Numbered from the stretch's first letter, positions 1 to 10,091 are shown. The stretch: DNA of 47,828 nucleotides from Candidatus Binatia bacterium (GCA_038245295.1 JBBRSP010000039.1:1-47828); one strand, 5' to 3'. Made by a program: numbers and translations. Notes: a model not told the origin generated them from the letters alone.

Positions 1-124
1 CAAAACATAGGCTCACCCTTCGACGGGCTCAGGGCGAGCGGACAAAATGTCTTTGAAAATCAACCAAGCACCCGCTCAGGCTGAGCCTGTCGAAGCCGGC
101 TCCGCAAGGTTTTGAGACAGCCTC
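1..124. mobile_element. MITE-like element (truncated by window start) with internal palindrome
   Basis: TIR-like end ttttgagacagcctc (110-124); the window starts with caaaa, the tail of its complement gaggctgtctcaaaa. Internal arms cttcgacgggctcag-ggc-gagcgg (18-41) and ccgctc-agg-ctgagcctgtcgaag (72-95). No ORF. Confidence 0.6.
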
Positions 125-141
125 TGAAGCCTGCGCCTACC
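1..141. repeat. Left copy of exact 141-bp terminal inverted repeat (partner 47688-47828)
   Basis: Base-by-base reverse complement of 47688-47828; identity breaks at 142/47687. Confidence 0.97.
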
Positions 142-177
142 AGGCGGGATCTCCAGGCGGGTCGGCAAATGCCCGCC

Positions 178-3100
178 CTACGCCCGACGCCCAGCGCCCG
201 CCCGTTTTGCCGGAACCCAATCCTTAAGGTACCGCCCCGTATGCGACCGCTTGGCGCGCACAATCTCTGCCGGTGGCCCCATCGCGACGACCTCGCCCCC
301 ACCCTCGCCGCCCTCGGGGCCGAGGTCGATGATCCAGTCGGCCTCTTTGATGATGTCGAGATTGTGCTCGATCGTCACGATGGTGTGGCCGGCGTCGACC
401 AGGCGGTGCAGGACACCGATCAGCTTCTCGATGTCGGCGAAGTGTAAACCCGTTGTCGGTTCGTCGAGCACGTAGAGGGTCTTGCTGCGCGACGGTTTGC
501 CGAGTTCGTAGGCGAGCTTGATGCGCTGTGCCTCGCCGCCCGACAGCGTGTTGCTGCCCTGGCCAAGAGTCAGGTAGCCGAGGCCAATGTCATCGAGCAA
601 ACGCAGCGGTGCCGCGATCGCGGACAGGGATGAGAAGAATGTGGCTGCTTCGCGGACACTCATTGCCAACACATCGGCGATGCTTTTCCCACTATACCGC
701 GCGGCCAGCGTCTCGGTGTTGAAGCGCTGCCCGTCGCACGATTCGCAGGTCACGTAGACGTCGGGCAAGAAGCTCATCTCCATCTTGATCTTGCCTTGGC
801 CGGCGCAGGTTTCGCAGCGTCCGCCTTTTACGTTGAAGGAGAAACGTCCGGCGCTGTAGCCGCGCACGCGCGCCTCGTTGGTGAGCGCAAAGAGTTTGCG
901 GATGTCGTCGAAGAAGCCGACATACGACGCCGGGATCGAGCGCGGCGTGCGGCCGATCGGTGTCTGGTCGACTTCGACGACTCGCTCGATCTCCTTGCCG
1001 CCACTGAGAGCCGCATGGCGCCCGACCCGACTCACCGCCAACCCGAGTCGCCGTCGCATGCCGACGTAGAGAACATCTCGCACCAGCGTCGATTTGCCGG
1101 AGCCGGAAACGCCGGTGACACAGGTCCATGCACCGACCGGCAGTTCCACGTCGACCTGCTTCAAGTTGTGTTCGGCGGCGCCACGAATCTTGATACGCGG
1201 CGTCGTGCTGACATCGCGCACCGGCCCGCGCCGCATGCGCGCTTGCCCGAGGAAACGACCGGTGATCGAGGCCTCTTGCTGCCGCAGGCTGGCCGGTGTG
1301 CCCATTGCCACGATGTGACCACCCTCGGTGCCGGCGCCCGGCCCGAGATCGACGACCAGATCGGCGGCTTCGATTGTCGCTTCATCATGTTCGACCACCA
1401 CCACCGTGTTGCCGTGATCCTTTAAAGCGCGCAGCGTCGACAGCAGCATGTCGTTGTCGCGTGGGTGCAAGCCGATCGTCGGCTCGTCGAGGATGTAACA
1501 GACGCCACGTAGGTTGGATCCGAGTTGCGCCGCCAGGCGAATGCGTTGCGCCTCGCCGCCAGATAGCGTATCGGCACGGCGGTCGAGAGTGAGATACGAG
1601 AGCCCGACCTGCTCAAGGAAGCGCAGTCGCGGCAAGATTTCCTTCATGATGTTGGCGGCGATGATTGCATCGCGTCCGTGGAACTGACGCGCCTCGAGGT
1701 CCTTCAAACAGGCGCGCACTGAGCCCTGAGTCAGCTCCCAGATCGATCGACCTTGCACCTGTACCGCTTGTGCGCGGGCGTTGAGCCGATGGCCGCTGCA
1801 GACCGGGCAATCGCGCTCGTTGAGCAACGGTGCCAGGGCGGTGACGTCGGCGTCGACGTCGTCGAGCTGAGCCTGCAAGACCGCCAAGACGCCGTCCTCA
1901 CCATCGAAAACCTGCGCCCGCTGCTTCTCCGTCAGCTGCGCGAAAGGCTTCTTCCAGAGTGCCTTGTGGTGGCCGCCGACGCTGAGGATACGCTTCCATA
2001 GGGCTCGACCGATGGGCTCGAACGTCGCCGCCAGCGCCTCGCCGAGCGGCACGTGCGGGTCGCCGACCAGCGCTTCCGCCTCGAAGCTCGGCGCGCTGCC
2101 GAGCCCGTTGCACGTCGTGCAGGCGCCCTGGCGGCTGTTGAACGAAAACAGCCGCGGATCGAGCGCCTCGTATCCAATGCCGCAATTGGCGCAGTACAAA
2201 CGCTCGCTGTAGAGGCGTTCCCGTTTTTCGGTATTGACGATTATCGCGCCGCTGCCGTAGCGCAGCGCCGTGGTCACCAGGTCCGGCAATCGTTCGAGGT
2301 CCGCTGCTTTGGTGATCTCGAGCTTGGCGATGACCAGATCGATGTTGTGTTCCTTGTAGCGTGCGATGGTCGGCACCGGCGTCAACTTGACCAGCGCACC
2401 ATCGATGCGCGCGTGCCCGAAGCCGGCACGCTTCGCGGCGCGGAACAACTCCGTGTAGATGCCCTTGCGGCCGCGCACCGCCGGGGCCAACAGGCTGATC
2501 GCCTCGCCGCGGAACTCGCGCTTGATGTGTTCGAGGATCTGCTGCGGCGCCAGCGGCGTTAACGGCTGACCACAGCCAGTGCAGTGCTGCACGCCGATCT
2601 TGGCATAGAGCAGACGCAGGTAGTGGTAGATCTCGGTGACGGTGGCCACCGTCGACTTCTTGCTGCCCTGACTCAGGCGCTGCTCGATGGCGACCGTCGG
2701 GGGCAGGCCGACCAGCAGGTCGACATTCGGCCGCGCCATGATGTTGACGAACTGCCGTGCGTAGGCCGATAGGCTGTCGAGATACCGCCGCTGCCCTTCG
2801 GTGTAGAGAATGTCGAACGCCAGCGTCGACTTGCCTGAACCGCTCAAGCCGGTGACGACGATGAACTGGTCACGTGGCAGATCGATGCTCAGGTCTTTCA
2901 GGTTGTGCTCTTTGGCACCGATCACCCGCATGATGCCGCGCGTCGCGGCGTAACTCGCCGGCGCCTCGGCGATCGTCGGATCGCCGGTGCCAGCGCCGCT
3001 CTCACCGGCCAACGCCGCGGCGAGAAAACGCGCCGTGTGCGAGCCCGTGCTGATGGCCACCTCTTCCGGGGTTCCCTCGGCAACGATGCATCCGCCACCG

Positions 3101-5775
3101 ACCCCACCTTCGGGACCGAGGTCGATGACCCAATCGGCGGCCTTCATGACCTCCATGTTGTGTTCGATGACGATCAGCGAATGACCGCGCTCGACCATTG
3201 CGTGCAGGGCGCCGAGCAACTTCTCAACGTCGCCGAAGTGCAAACCAATCGTTGGCTCGTCGAACAGGAAGAGGGATCCGGATTTGACGTCCTGACCCAT
3301 CGCCGCCGCCAACTTGAGACGCTGTGATTCACCACCCGACAGCGTGTTGAGCGGCTGGCCGAGAGCGAGGTAGTCGAGCCCGACGTCGGCTAGCGGTTGC
3401 AGCCGACGTCGCAACTCCGATTGATCGCCGAAGAACTCGACCGCTTCGCGGGCGGTCATCTGCAAGACGTCGTGGATGTTGCGGTCGCGGTAGGTGACTT
3501 CCAGGACGTCCGGGCGAAAACGTTTGCCATCGCAGGCGGAGCATTTGATGTAGACGTCGGAGAGGAACTGCATCTCCACCTTTTCGACGCCATCGCCGTT
3601 GCAGACCTCGCAACGGCCGCCGGCGACGTTGAAGGAGAAAGTCGCCGGCGTGAAACCGCGCATGCGCGCCATCGGCTGCTGGGCGAAGAGGGTGCGGATG
3701 ACGTCGTAGGCTTTGAGATAAGAGATCGGGTTGGCGCGCGGTGTCGTGCCGACGGGGGATTGGTCGACCAAAATGACTTCGGCGACGGCATCGACTCCCG
3801 TGATTGTCTCGTGTGCTCCTGGTGTACCGTCCGGCTGGCCGAGGATCTTGCGTAGGCCGCGGTAGAGAACGTCTTCGATCAACGTTGACTTGCCGGAGCC
3901 GGAGACGCCGGTGACGCAGACGAAGCGTTGCAGCGGGATGTCGACCGTGACGTTTTGCAGGTTGTTTTCACTGGCATTGCGCACCGTGAGCTTGAGGTCG
4001 CGTTCTGGTTTGCGGCGCTGCGCCGGAACTGGAATCGAGCGCCGTGCCGCCAGGTAGGCGCCTGTCGCCGACGTCGGATGCTCCAGCAGCGCGCCATACG
4101 AGCCGCTGAACATGAGCTCACCGCCGCCGGCGCCGGCGGCAGGTCCGAGATCGATGATGTGATCGGCGGCGCGGATGATCTCCGGCTCGTGCTCGACCAC
4201 GACAACCGTGTTCTCCTTGGCCCGCAGCTCCTGAAGGATGCGCACCAGACGCTGGCTGTCGCGCGGGTGCAGGCCGACCGACGGTTCGTCGAGGATGTAG
4301 AGGGTATTGACCAGCGATGATCCGACGGCGGTAGTGAGATCGACACGTGCCAGCTCGCCGCCGGACAACGTGCGCGACTGGCGTTCGAGCGTCAGGTAGT
4401 CGAGGCCGACCGCCAAGAGGTAACGCAAGCGATGGCGAATTTCGCTGAGAATGAGCTGGGCAATCTCTTGTTCGGTCGGTGTCAGGACAAGATCGTCGAA
4501 GAATCGCGCCGCCGCGGCGACACTCAGCCGTTGCACCTCGACGACGCTGCGGCCGCCAATCTTGTAGATCGACGCATCGGGCTTCAGCCGGCCGCCGTCG
4601 CAGGCCTCGCAGACGCGGTAGCTGCGGTAACGCGCCAGCAGGACGCGCACGTGCATCTTGTAGGTGCGCCCTTCGAGCCAGCGGAACCATTTGCGAATAC
4701 CGAAGAACTTGCCCTTCCCCTTGCCTTCGCCGTCGACGACCAGTGCCTGCTGCTCCGGCGGTAGCTCCTCGAAAGGCGTGCTGACGGCGATCTTGTGGCG
4801 TTTGCACAGCGCCAGGAGCTCGCCGCGTTCGTATTCGGTCGCCTTGGTGTTCCACGGTTTGACCGCGCCGCCGAGGATCGACTTGCGGCGATCAGGGATG
4901 ACGAGATCGAGATCGAGGTCGATGCTGCGTCCGAAGCCGCGACAAGTTTCGCAAGCGCCAAGCGGGCTATTGAAGGAGAACAGGTTCGCCGTTGGCTCGC
5001 GGTACGTGATGTTGCAACGCGGACACTCGAGGCGTTGCACGAAGGGCTGCTGGCGGTTGTTGTCGTCCGGGAAGATGAGGGTCAGCTTGCCCTGACCAAA
5101 ACGCAGCGCCTGCTCGAGCGAGTCGGCCAGCCGCGGCCGTTGATCGGCGCGCACCGTCAGTCGATCGGCGACGACACGTACCGTTTTCCCCGGATGCGCC
5201 GTCAACTCGTCGAGCGAGCGCGTCTCGCCATCGACCAGGAAACGACGGAAGCCGGAACGCTCGAAGCCAATGCGGATATCGTCCCAAGGCAAATCGCTGG
5301 GCAGCTCGACATCGAAGGTGACTAGCAGCTTGCTGCCTTCTGGTTGCATCAGAACCACGTCGGCGATGCTCTGCGCCGAGTCGGGCCGCACCATCTCGCC
5401 ACACTGGCGGCAATGCAGCACGCCGATTTTGGCGAACAGCAGCTTTAAGTGATCGTGCAGCTCGGTCATCGTCGCGACGGTCGAGCGCGATGTCTTGACG
5501 CTGTTGCCCTGGCTGATGGCGATGGCTGGCAAGATGCCGTCGATGCGATCGACGAGCGGCTTGTCCATGCGATCGAGGAATTGCCGCGTGTAGGCGGAGA
5601 ACGTCTCGACGTAGCGCCGTTGCCCCTCCGCGTAGAGGACGTCGAACGCCAGCGTCGATTTGCCCGACCCGGACGGGCCGGTGATCACGGTCAGCGCGTT
5701 GAGCGGAATCTCGACGTCGATGTTCTTGAGATTGTTCTGGCAGGCGCCGTGGATGGTGATTGCGGAGGTGGGCAT
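178..5775 (-). CDS. uvrA: Double-length excinuclease ABC subunit A (two fused UvrA units, ~1865 aa)
   Basis: Four Walker A motifs ([32 protein letters not shown]), four LSGGE signatures, four DEP[ST] Walker B regions, CxxC zinc modules, and (Y)xEGQRRY twice. Start uncertain (5775 or 5796). Confidence 0.95.
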   Translation of the reverse strand: MPTSAITIHGACQNNLKNIDVEIPLNALTVITGPSGSGKSTLAFDVLYAEGQRRYVETFSAYTRQFLDRMDKPLVDRIDGILPAIAISQGNSVKTSRSTVATMTELHDHLKLLFAKIGVLHCRQCGEMVRPDSAQSIADVVLMQPEGSKLLVTFDVELPSDLPWDDIRIGFERSGFRRFLVDGETRSLDELTAHPGKTVRVVADRLTVRADQRPRLADSLEQALRFGQGKLTLIFPDDNNRQQPFVQRLECPRCNITYREPTANLFSFNSPLGACETCRGFGRSIDLDLDLVIPDRRKSILGGAVKPWNTKATEYERGELLALCKRHKIAVSTPFEELPPEQQALVVDGEGKGKGKFFGIRKWFRWLEGRTYKMHVRVLLARYRSYRVCEACDGGRLKPDASIYKIGGRSVVEVQRLSVAAAARFFDDLVLTPTEQEIAQLILSEIRHRLRYLLAVGLDYLTLERQSRTLSGGELARVDLTTAVGSSLVNTLYILDEPSVGLHPRDSQRLVRILQELRAKENTVVVVEHEPEIIRAADHIIDLGPAAGAGGGELMFSGSYGALLEHPTSATGAYLAARRSIPVPAQRRKPERDLKLTVRNASENNLQNVTVDIPLQRFVCVTGVSGSGKSTLIEDVLYRGLRKILGQPDGTPGAHETITGVDAVAEVILVDQSPVGTTPRANPISYLKAYDVIRTLFAQQPMARMRGFTPATFSFNVAGGRCEVCNGDGVEKVEMQFLSDVYIKCSACDGKRFRPDVLEVTYRDRNIHDVLQMTAREAVEFFGDQSELRRRLQPLADVGLDYLALGQPLNTLSGGESQRLKLAAAMGQDVKSGSLFLFDEPTIGLHFGDVEKLLGALHAMVERGHSLIVIEHNMEVMKAADWVIDLGPEGGVGGGCIVAEGTPEEVAISTGSHTARFLAAALAGESGAGTGDPTIAEAPASYAATRGIMRVIGAKEHNLKDLSIDLPRDQFIVVTGLSGSGKSTLAFDILYTEGQRRYLDSLSAYARQFVNIMARPNVDLLVGLPPTVAIEQRLSQGSKKSTVATVTEIYHYLRLLYAKIGVQHCTGCGQPLTPLAPQQILEHIKREFRGEAISLLAPAVRGRKGIYTELFRAAKRAGFGHARIDGALVKLTPVPTIARYKEHNIDLVIAKLEITKAADLERLPDLVTTALRYGSGAIIVNTEKRERLYSERLYCANCGIGYEALDPRLFSFNSRQGACTTCNGLGSAPSFEAEALVGDPHVPLGEALAATFEPIGRALWKRILSVGGHHKALWKKPFAQLTEKQRAQVFDGEDGVLAVLQAQLDDVDADVTALAPLLNERDCPVCSGHRLNARAQAVQVQGRSIWELTQGSVRACLKDLEARQFHGRDAIIAANIMKEILPRLRFLEQVGLSYLTLDRRADTLSGGEAQRIRLAAQLGSNLRGVCYILDEPTIGLHPRDNDMLLSTLRALKDHGNTVVVVEHDEATIEAADLVVDLGPGAGTEGGHIVAMGTPASLRQQEASITGRFLGQARMRRGPVRDVSTTPRIKIRGAAEHNLKQVDVELPVGAWTCVTGVSGSGKSTLVRDVLYVGMRRRLGLAVSRVGRHAALSGGKEIERVVEVDQTPIGRTPRSIPASYVGFFDDIRKLFALTNEARVRGYSAGRFSFNVKGGRCETCAGQGKIKMEMSFLPDVYVTCESCDGQRFNTETLAARYSGKSIADVLAMSVREAATFFSSLSAIAAPLRLLDDIGLGYLTLGQGSNTLSGGEAQRIKLAYELGKPSRSKTLYVLDEPTTGLHFADIEKLIGVLHRLVDAGHTIVTIEHNLDIIKEADWIIDLGPEGGEGGGEVVAMGPPAEIVRAKRSHTGRYLKDWVPAKRAGAGRRA

Positions 5776-5850
5776 GGTCGGTAGATTCGAGGTCATTCTG
5801 TATACCTTGGGCACGTCCGCGGGTGTAGGGGTTCAAACGCGACGCAAGTC

Positions 5851-5931
5851 AAGGGCAAGGGCAACGGCAAGGGCGAGAGCGTGTCATTCCAAAATATCCC
5901 ACCCCTTGCCCTTGCCGTTGCCCGTGCCCTT
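5851..5931. repeat. Hexamer-based (GGCAAG/GGCAAC) inverted repeat
   Basis: Arm 5851-5874 aagggcaagggcaacggcaagggc pairs with 5908-5931 (1 mismatch in 24). Related single arm at 22784-22816. Confidence 0.85.
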
Positions 5932-5963
5932 TCTTCGTGCGAATTCCCGACCCAGGAGCCCTC

Positions 5964-6416
5964 ATGGAAGCCGAAGTCATAGGCATCGATCACATCTACC
6001 TCGCGGTAAGCGCCATGGCGCGGTCGGAACCCTTCTACGACACGGTGCTCCTGGATGTCCTTGGTTTCCGTAAAAGCAAGTTCGAGCTCGCGGGCGAGCC
6101 GCACATCCAATACTTCAACCGCCACTTCGGAATTGTCCTGCGCCCCGCCCGCGTCGGTACGCCAGCGCACGACTCGTATGCGCCCGGGCTGCACCATTTA
6201 TGTCTGCGCGTCGAGACGGTAGAAGAGGTGGATCGCGTCGCGATGGCGCTTGTGGCGCGAGGCATCGAAGCAAGCCCGTCGCGTCTCTATCCCGAGTACG
6301 CGCCCGACTACTTTGCCACCTTCTTCACCGACCCGGACGGCGCGCGTCTCGAGGTGACCAACTTCCGCGCCGAGCGACGCCTGCGGATGGTGTCGTGGGA
6401 CGCGATTTCCGGGTGA
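5964..6416 (+). CDS. VOC/glyoxalase family protein
   Basis: IDHIYLAV...GLHHLCLRV...YFATFFTDPDGARLEV motifs; AGGAG RBS before ATG 5964. Confidence 0.9.
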   Translation: MEAEVIGIDHIYLAVSAMARSEPFYDTVLLDVLGFRKSKFELAGEPHIQYFNRHFGIVLRPARVGTPAHDSYAPGLHHLCLRVETVEEVDRVAMALVARGIEASPSRLYPEYAPDYFATFFTDPDGARLEVTNFRAERRLRMVSWDAISG

Positions 6417-6507
6417 GGATTTGTAAAATTGAATCGGCGCAGCTGACAGATTTACGCAGCACCAACGCAAAACCCAGCTGAGGAGCGCAGGCGCGGCCCC
6501 AACCGAG

Positions 6508-6523
6508 TTGGCCCCTCGTTTGC
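6508..6523 (+). promoter_or_regulatory. Putative sigma-54 (-24/-12) promoter of the DUF1328 gene
   Basis: ttGGcccctcgtttGC = GG-N10-GC, 62 bp before the ATG; AT-rich imperfect inverted pair upstream (tgtaaaattg / cagatttacg). Confidence 0.55.
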
Positions 6524-6584
6524 GTCTGTCCTCTCTCGATAGATGAACCGCCAGACATCAGGCGGCAGTCGAAGGGAGACACTC

Positions 6585-6755
6585 ATGTTGGAGTATGCGT
6601 TGATGTTCTTCATCGTAGCCCTGATCGCGGGGTTCATCGGCCTACGGAACGTGGCCGGCATGTCGGCGCAGATCGGCTACATCTTCGTCGTGGTGGCCAT
6701 GGTCTTCATCCTCGTTTCGTTGGTCGGTGGCCCGCACCACCTCACGCTGCCATAG
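6585..6755 (+). CDS. DUF1328 (YtjA-like) small membrane protein
   Basis: MLEYALMFFIVALIAGFIG...AGMSAQIGYIF pattern; AGGGAG RBS. Confidence 0.9.
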   Translation: MLEYALMFFIVALIAGFIGLRNVAGMSAQIGYIFVVVAMVFILVSLVGGPHHLTLP

Positions 6756-6766
6756 GACAGGGGTGG

Positions 6767-6970
6767 ATGATGCGCGACCAGACCCGCTTCCTCACTTCTC
6801 TCCTTCTCGGTGGTGTCCTCTCGCTGACATTGTCGGCCTGCCCGAAACACGGAGCGCAGCGTGCCGGCGAGAAGTTGGACGACGCCAAGGACAAAGTCTC
6901 TGATACCCTCGACCCCAAGGGCCCGGCCGAAAAGGCCGGCCGGAAAATCGATCGTGCGTTAGGCGAATAG
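6767..6970 (+). CDS. Small lipoprotein
   Basis: Hydrophobic signal with LSAC lipobox; repeated A[QE]xAGxK[LI]D motif. Confidence 0.75.
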   Translation: MMRDQTRFLTSLLLGGVLSLTLSACPKHGAQRAGEKLDDAKDKVSDTLDPKGPAEKAGRKIDRALGE

Positions 6971-7165
6971 CCGCACGCCCAACAGGTGCGGTCAACGCGC
7001 CGGTGGACTCTCAATATTTATTCGTAGCCTGTCGGATAGCGACTAGACTCGATCGCGGGCCTCCAGCAGAATCGAGCCGTTGTCGCCCGACGGGCATTGT
7101 CTGACAAATCAAGGCGCGTTAAAAACGCGGCGGATTTTTGGTCGTTCAACCAAGCGGAGAACTTA

Positions 7166-7528
7166 ATGGCGAGTACTGGCTTCCATGAACCGATCGAGCT
7201 CCTATCCACCGAAACTCGCAACCTGCATCGGGCCATCGTCAGCTTGATGGAAGAGCTGGAGGCAATCGACTGGTATCAGCAACGCGCCGATGCCTGCAGC
7301 GACGATGCCCTCAAGGCCGTGCTCTTGCACAACAAGAACGAAGAGATCGAGCATGCGATGATGGTGCTTGAATGGATTCGCCGTAACAGCTCGCATTTCG
7401 ACGAGAACATGAAGAAGTACCTGTTCAAAGAGTCGGCGATCACGGAGATCGAAACCGAAAGCAAAGCCGCTGGCGATGGCGGGGCAAACCCCGCGACGCT
7501 CAGTATCGGCAGCCTGAAAGGCCGGTGA
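7166..7528 (+). CDS. Encapsulated ferritin-like protein (EncFtn/Flp) with C-terminal targeting peptide
   Basis: HRAIVSLMEELEAIDWYQQR and HNKNEEIEHAMM ferroxidase motifs; C-terminal LSIGSLKG cargo-loading peptide; GGAG RBS; directly upstream of encapsulin. Confidence 0.95.
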   Translation: MASTGFHEPIELLSTETRNLHRAIVSLMEELEAIDWYQQRADACSDDALKAVLLHNKNEEIEHAMMVLEWIRRNSSHFDENMKKYLFKESAITEIETESKAAGDGGANPATLSIGSLKGR

Positions 7529-7531
7529 CCT

Positions 7532-8344
7532 ATGGACCTCCTGCGACGTGAACTTGCACCCATCACCCCTGAAGCGTGGACGGAAATCGACGCCGAGGCG
7601 AAGCGTGTCCTCGAGCTCAACCTCGCCGGGCGAAAGCTGGTCGACTTCAAGGGACCACACGGCTGGAAGTACGCCGCCGTCAATACCGGGAAGATCAGCA
7701 TCAAACACGACGACAAAGGTCTCGGTGTGCCGTGGGGCGTGCGCGAAGTCGTGCCGCTCATCGAAGTGCGTGTGCCGTTCGAGCTGTCGATTCTTGATTT
7801 GGACAACACCGAGCGCGGTGCGACCCCGGATCTTGCCGCCGTGGTGAACGCTGCCGAAAAGGCAGCACATGCCGAAGACATTGCAATCTTCAGCGGCTTC
7901 AAGGCCGGCGGCATCGAGGGAATCATAGAGTCGAGTCCTCATGCCCCGCTCACCATTTCCGACGACTACTCCGAGTTTCCGTCGCTCGTCGTCAATGCCG
8001 TCGAAACATTGCGGCGTGGCGGTGTGAACGGCCCGTATGCCTTGGCCCTCGGGCCGGACTGCTACACGGCCCTGACGCAGGCAGCGGAGGACGGCTACCC
8101 CATTCGCCGCCGTGTCGCCAACTTCTTCTCCGGCCCCATGATGCTGGCGCCGGCCCTCAGCGGCGCGGTTCTACTGTCGCAGCGCGGCGGCGACTTCGAG
8201 CTGACGGTCGGACAGGATCTGTCGATCGGCTACGCGCACCACGACCACCAGAAGGTGCAGCTATACCTGACCGAGTCGTTCGCCTTCCGGGTGCTCGAGA
8301 ACGCCGCGGCGATCTATCTCAAGCCGAAGAACCGTAAGAAGTAG
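7532..8344 (+). CDS. Family 1 encapsulin shell protein (Linocin M18-like)
   Basis: MDLLRRELAPITPEAWTEID...RKLVDFKGPHGW...RGGDFELTVGQDLSIGY...LYLTESFAFRV; 270 aa. Confidence 0.96.
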   Translation: MDLLRRELAPITPEAWTEIDAEAKRVLELNLAGRKLVDFKGPHGWKYAAVNTGKISIKHDDKGLGVPWGVREVVPLIEVRVPFELSILDLDNTERGATPDLAAVVNAAEKAAHAEDIAIFSGFKAGGIEGIIESSPHAPLTISDDYSEFPSLVVNAVETLRRGGVNGPYALALGPDCYTALTQAAEDGYPIRRRVANFFSGPMMLAPALSGAVLLSQRGGDFELTVGQDLSIGYAHHDHQKVQLYLTESFAFRVLENAAAIYLKPKNRKK

Positions 8345-8393
8345 ATCCGTCGTCGCAGCGAGGGCCGGGCCGGGCTTTTCACTCGGCTGCCGC

Positions 8394-8462
8394 ACTGAAC
8401 GCAGGCTGAAGCCTGCGGCTACCACGGGGAGTACCGAAACTGAACGCAGGCTGAAGCCTGCG
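8394..8462. repeat. Tandem pair of GTAG-type REP palindromes
   Basis: actgaacgcaggctgaagcctgcg at 8394-8417 and 8439-8462; first copy ends ...gctac (GTAG on the minus strand). Confidence 0.85.
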
Positions 8463-8508
8463 ATGCGCGCCACGCGGAGCCAGCATAACACGATGCTTTC
8501 ACCGGGCT

Positions 8509-8534
8509 TGAAACCTTATCGCCGCTCTGGCGTC
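8509..8534 (+). promoter_or_regulatory. Putative ECF-sigma promoter of msrB
   Basis: TGAAAC-N16-CGTC ending 8 bp before ATG 8543; no Shine-Dalgarno. Confidence 0.55.
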
Positions 8535-8542
8535 AGAGACTT

Positions 8543-9064
8543 ATGATGAACAGGCGAAGTTTTGTTTGGCGGCTTGCCGCAGCTCTGGCGCTGCCGTGGG
8601 CCAGCGCCGTCGCCAACGCCGCTGATGGCGATAGCGGCAGTTCGACGATTCCAAAATTGGAAAAGCCACTTTCTGAATGGCGCAAGCTGTTGCCCGAGCG
8701 CGCCTACGCCGTGTTGTTCGAACAGGATACCGAACGCGCCGGCTCAAGCCTGCTGGACCATGAAAAGCGCGACGGTACGTTCCTCTGCGCCGCCTGCTTT
8801 CTGCCATTGTTCAACTCGTCGGCCAAGTTCGATAGCGGCACCGGCTGGCCGAGCTTCTTCCAGCCCATTGCGGGACATATCGCCACCACCACAGACTACA
8901 AACTGGTGTGGCCGCGTACGGAATATCACTGCGTCCGCTGCGCTGGGCACCAGGGGCATGTCTTCGACGATGGTCCACGCCCCACCGGCAAACGCTACTG
9001 CAACAATGGCGTGGCGTTGCGCTTCGTGCCAAAAGACGAGCCGCTGCCGGCGTTACGAACCTAG
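8543..9064 (+). CDS. msrB: Peptide-methionine (R)-S-oxide reductase with Tat signal
   Basis: KFDSGTGWPSF, CxxC pairs, GHVFDDGP, RYCNNG; N-terminal NRRSFV twin-arginine plus hydrophobic AxA signal. Confidence 0.95.
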   Translation: MMNRRSFVWRLAAALALPWASAVANAADGDSGSSTIPKLEKPLSEWRKLLPERAYAVLFEQDTERAGSSLLDHEKRDGTFLCAACFLPLFNSSAKFDSGTGWPSFFQPIAGHIATTTDYKLVWPRTEYHCVRCAGHQGHVFDDGPRPTGKRYCNNGVALRFVPKDEPLPALRT

Positions 9065-9101
9065 GATACCGCACCCGCCGACTGCCGTCTGGTCCAGCTT
9101 G

Positions 9102-10028
9102 ATGCATATCGTCCACTTGTGCGGCTGGCGTATCCCCGTCGATCTCTACGGGGGTAGCCAGCGCGTCGTCTATTGGCTCGCCAAGGCGCAGGCCGAGATG
9201 GGTCATCGCGTGACGTTGATCGCGCCCCCGGGATCGTCGTGTCCGGGAGTGCAAATCATTGAGCACGCGAAGGGGACGAGCGCTGCCGACCTCGTTCCAG
9301 CCGACGCCGACATCGTACACGTCAACGGCATATCGGCCGCCGGCCTACGTGGCCCATGGGTGATGACGACGCACGGCAACTCGCCCGACGAGCTGGCGTA
9401 CTCGCCCCACAAGATCTTCGTCAGCGCCGACCATGCGCGCCGCGCCAACTCCACGGCGTTCGTCCATAATGGCATCGACCCATCAGAGTTCATCTACCGC
9501 GAAAACAAAGACGACTACCTTCTGTTTCTGTCAAAAGTCAGCCGGCGCTCGAAGGGCATCGATACGGCGCTGCGCCTGGCGCGCCGTCTGGGCTTCCGGC
9601 TAATGGTCGCTGGCGGGACACGTTTCGGCCTACGTAAGACAGGCGGATTTCTTGATAGTCTGCGCGCCGACGTGCACTTCCTCGGCGAAGTTGGTGGTGC
9701 CCGCAAAGCCGAGCTCCTGGCGGGTGCGCGGGCCCTGTTGTTTCCGATCCGCTGGGAAGAACCGTTCGGGCTCGTCGTTGCGGAGGCGCTTATGAGCGGC
9801 ACACCGGTGATTACAACCCCGCGCGGCGCCATGCCGGAGTTGATCACGCCCGCGACCGGATTCCTGTGCGCCGACGAAGCGGCGATGGAGGATGCCATCG
9901 GACAGATCGGCTCTCTCGCCCCGGCCGCGTGTCGCTCCCACGCCATCGCCCACCTCAGCAGTGAGGTCTCGGCAGCCAAGTATCTGCGGTACTACGAACG
10001 TGCCAGGCGCGGCGAGCCGCTCGCGTAG
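9102..10028 (+). CDS. Glycosyltransferase family 4
   Basis: YGGSQRVV, HNGID, PIRWEEPFGLVVAEALMSGTPVI; true start taken at ATG 9102. Confidence 0.9.
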   Translation: MHIVHLCGWRIPVDLYGGSQRVVYWLAKAQAEMGHRVTLIAPPGSSCPGVQIIEHAKGTSAADLVPADADIVHVNGISAAGLRGPWVMTTHGNSPDELAYSPHKIFVSADHARRANSTAFVHNGIDPSEFIYRENKDDYLLFLSKVSRRSKGIDTALRLARRLGFRLMVAGGTRFGLRKTGGFLDSLRADVHFLGEVGGARKAELLAGARALLFPIRWEEPFGLVVAEALMSGTPVITTPRGAMPELITPATGFLCADEAAMEDAIGQIGSLAPAACRSHAIAHLSSEVSAAKYLRYYERARRGEPLA

Positions 10029-10091
10029 TTGCCCCTTCGCCACGATTCGGCCATTGGGTCCCATCAATGGCGAACTGCGGCAACCCAATAC

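Noticed and set aside
7532..8344. Phage capsid or bacteriocin interpretation of the Linocin-like gene
   Set aside because: The adjacent cargo gene carries a targeting peptide and there are no portal or terminase genes; this is an encapsulin.
8394..8462. Mini CRISPR array (24-bp direct repeats)
   Set aside because: Only two units with a 21-bp spacer, no cas genes, and the same palindrome is dispersed as a REP.
8562..9101. N-terminal extension of the 488-aa GT ORF
   Set aside because: Overlaps msrB out of frame; GT4 homology starts at ATG 9102.
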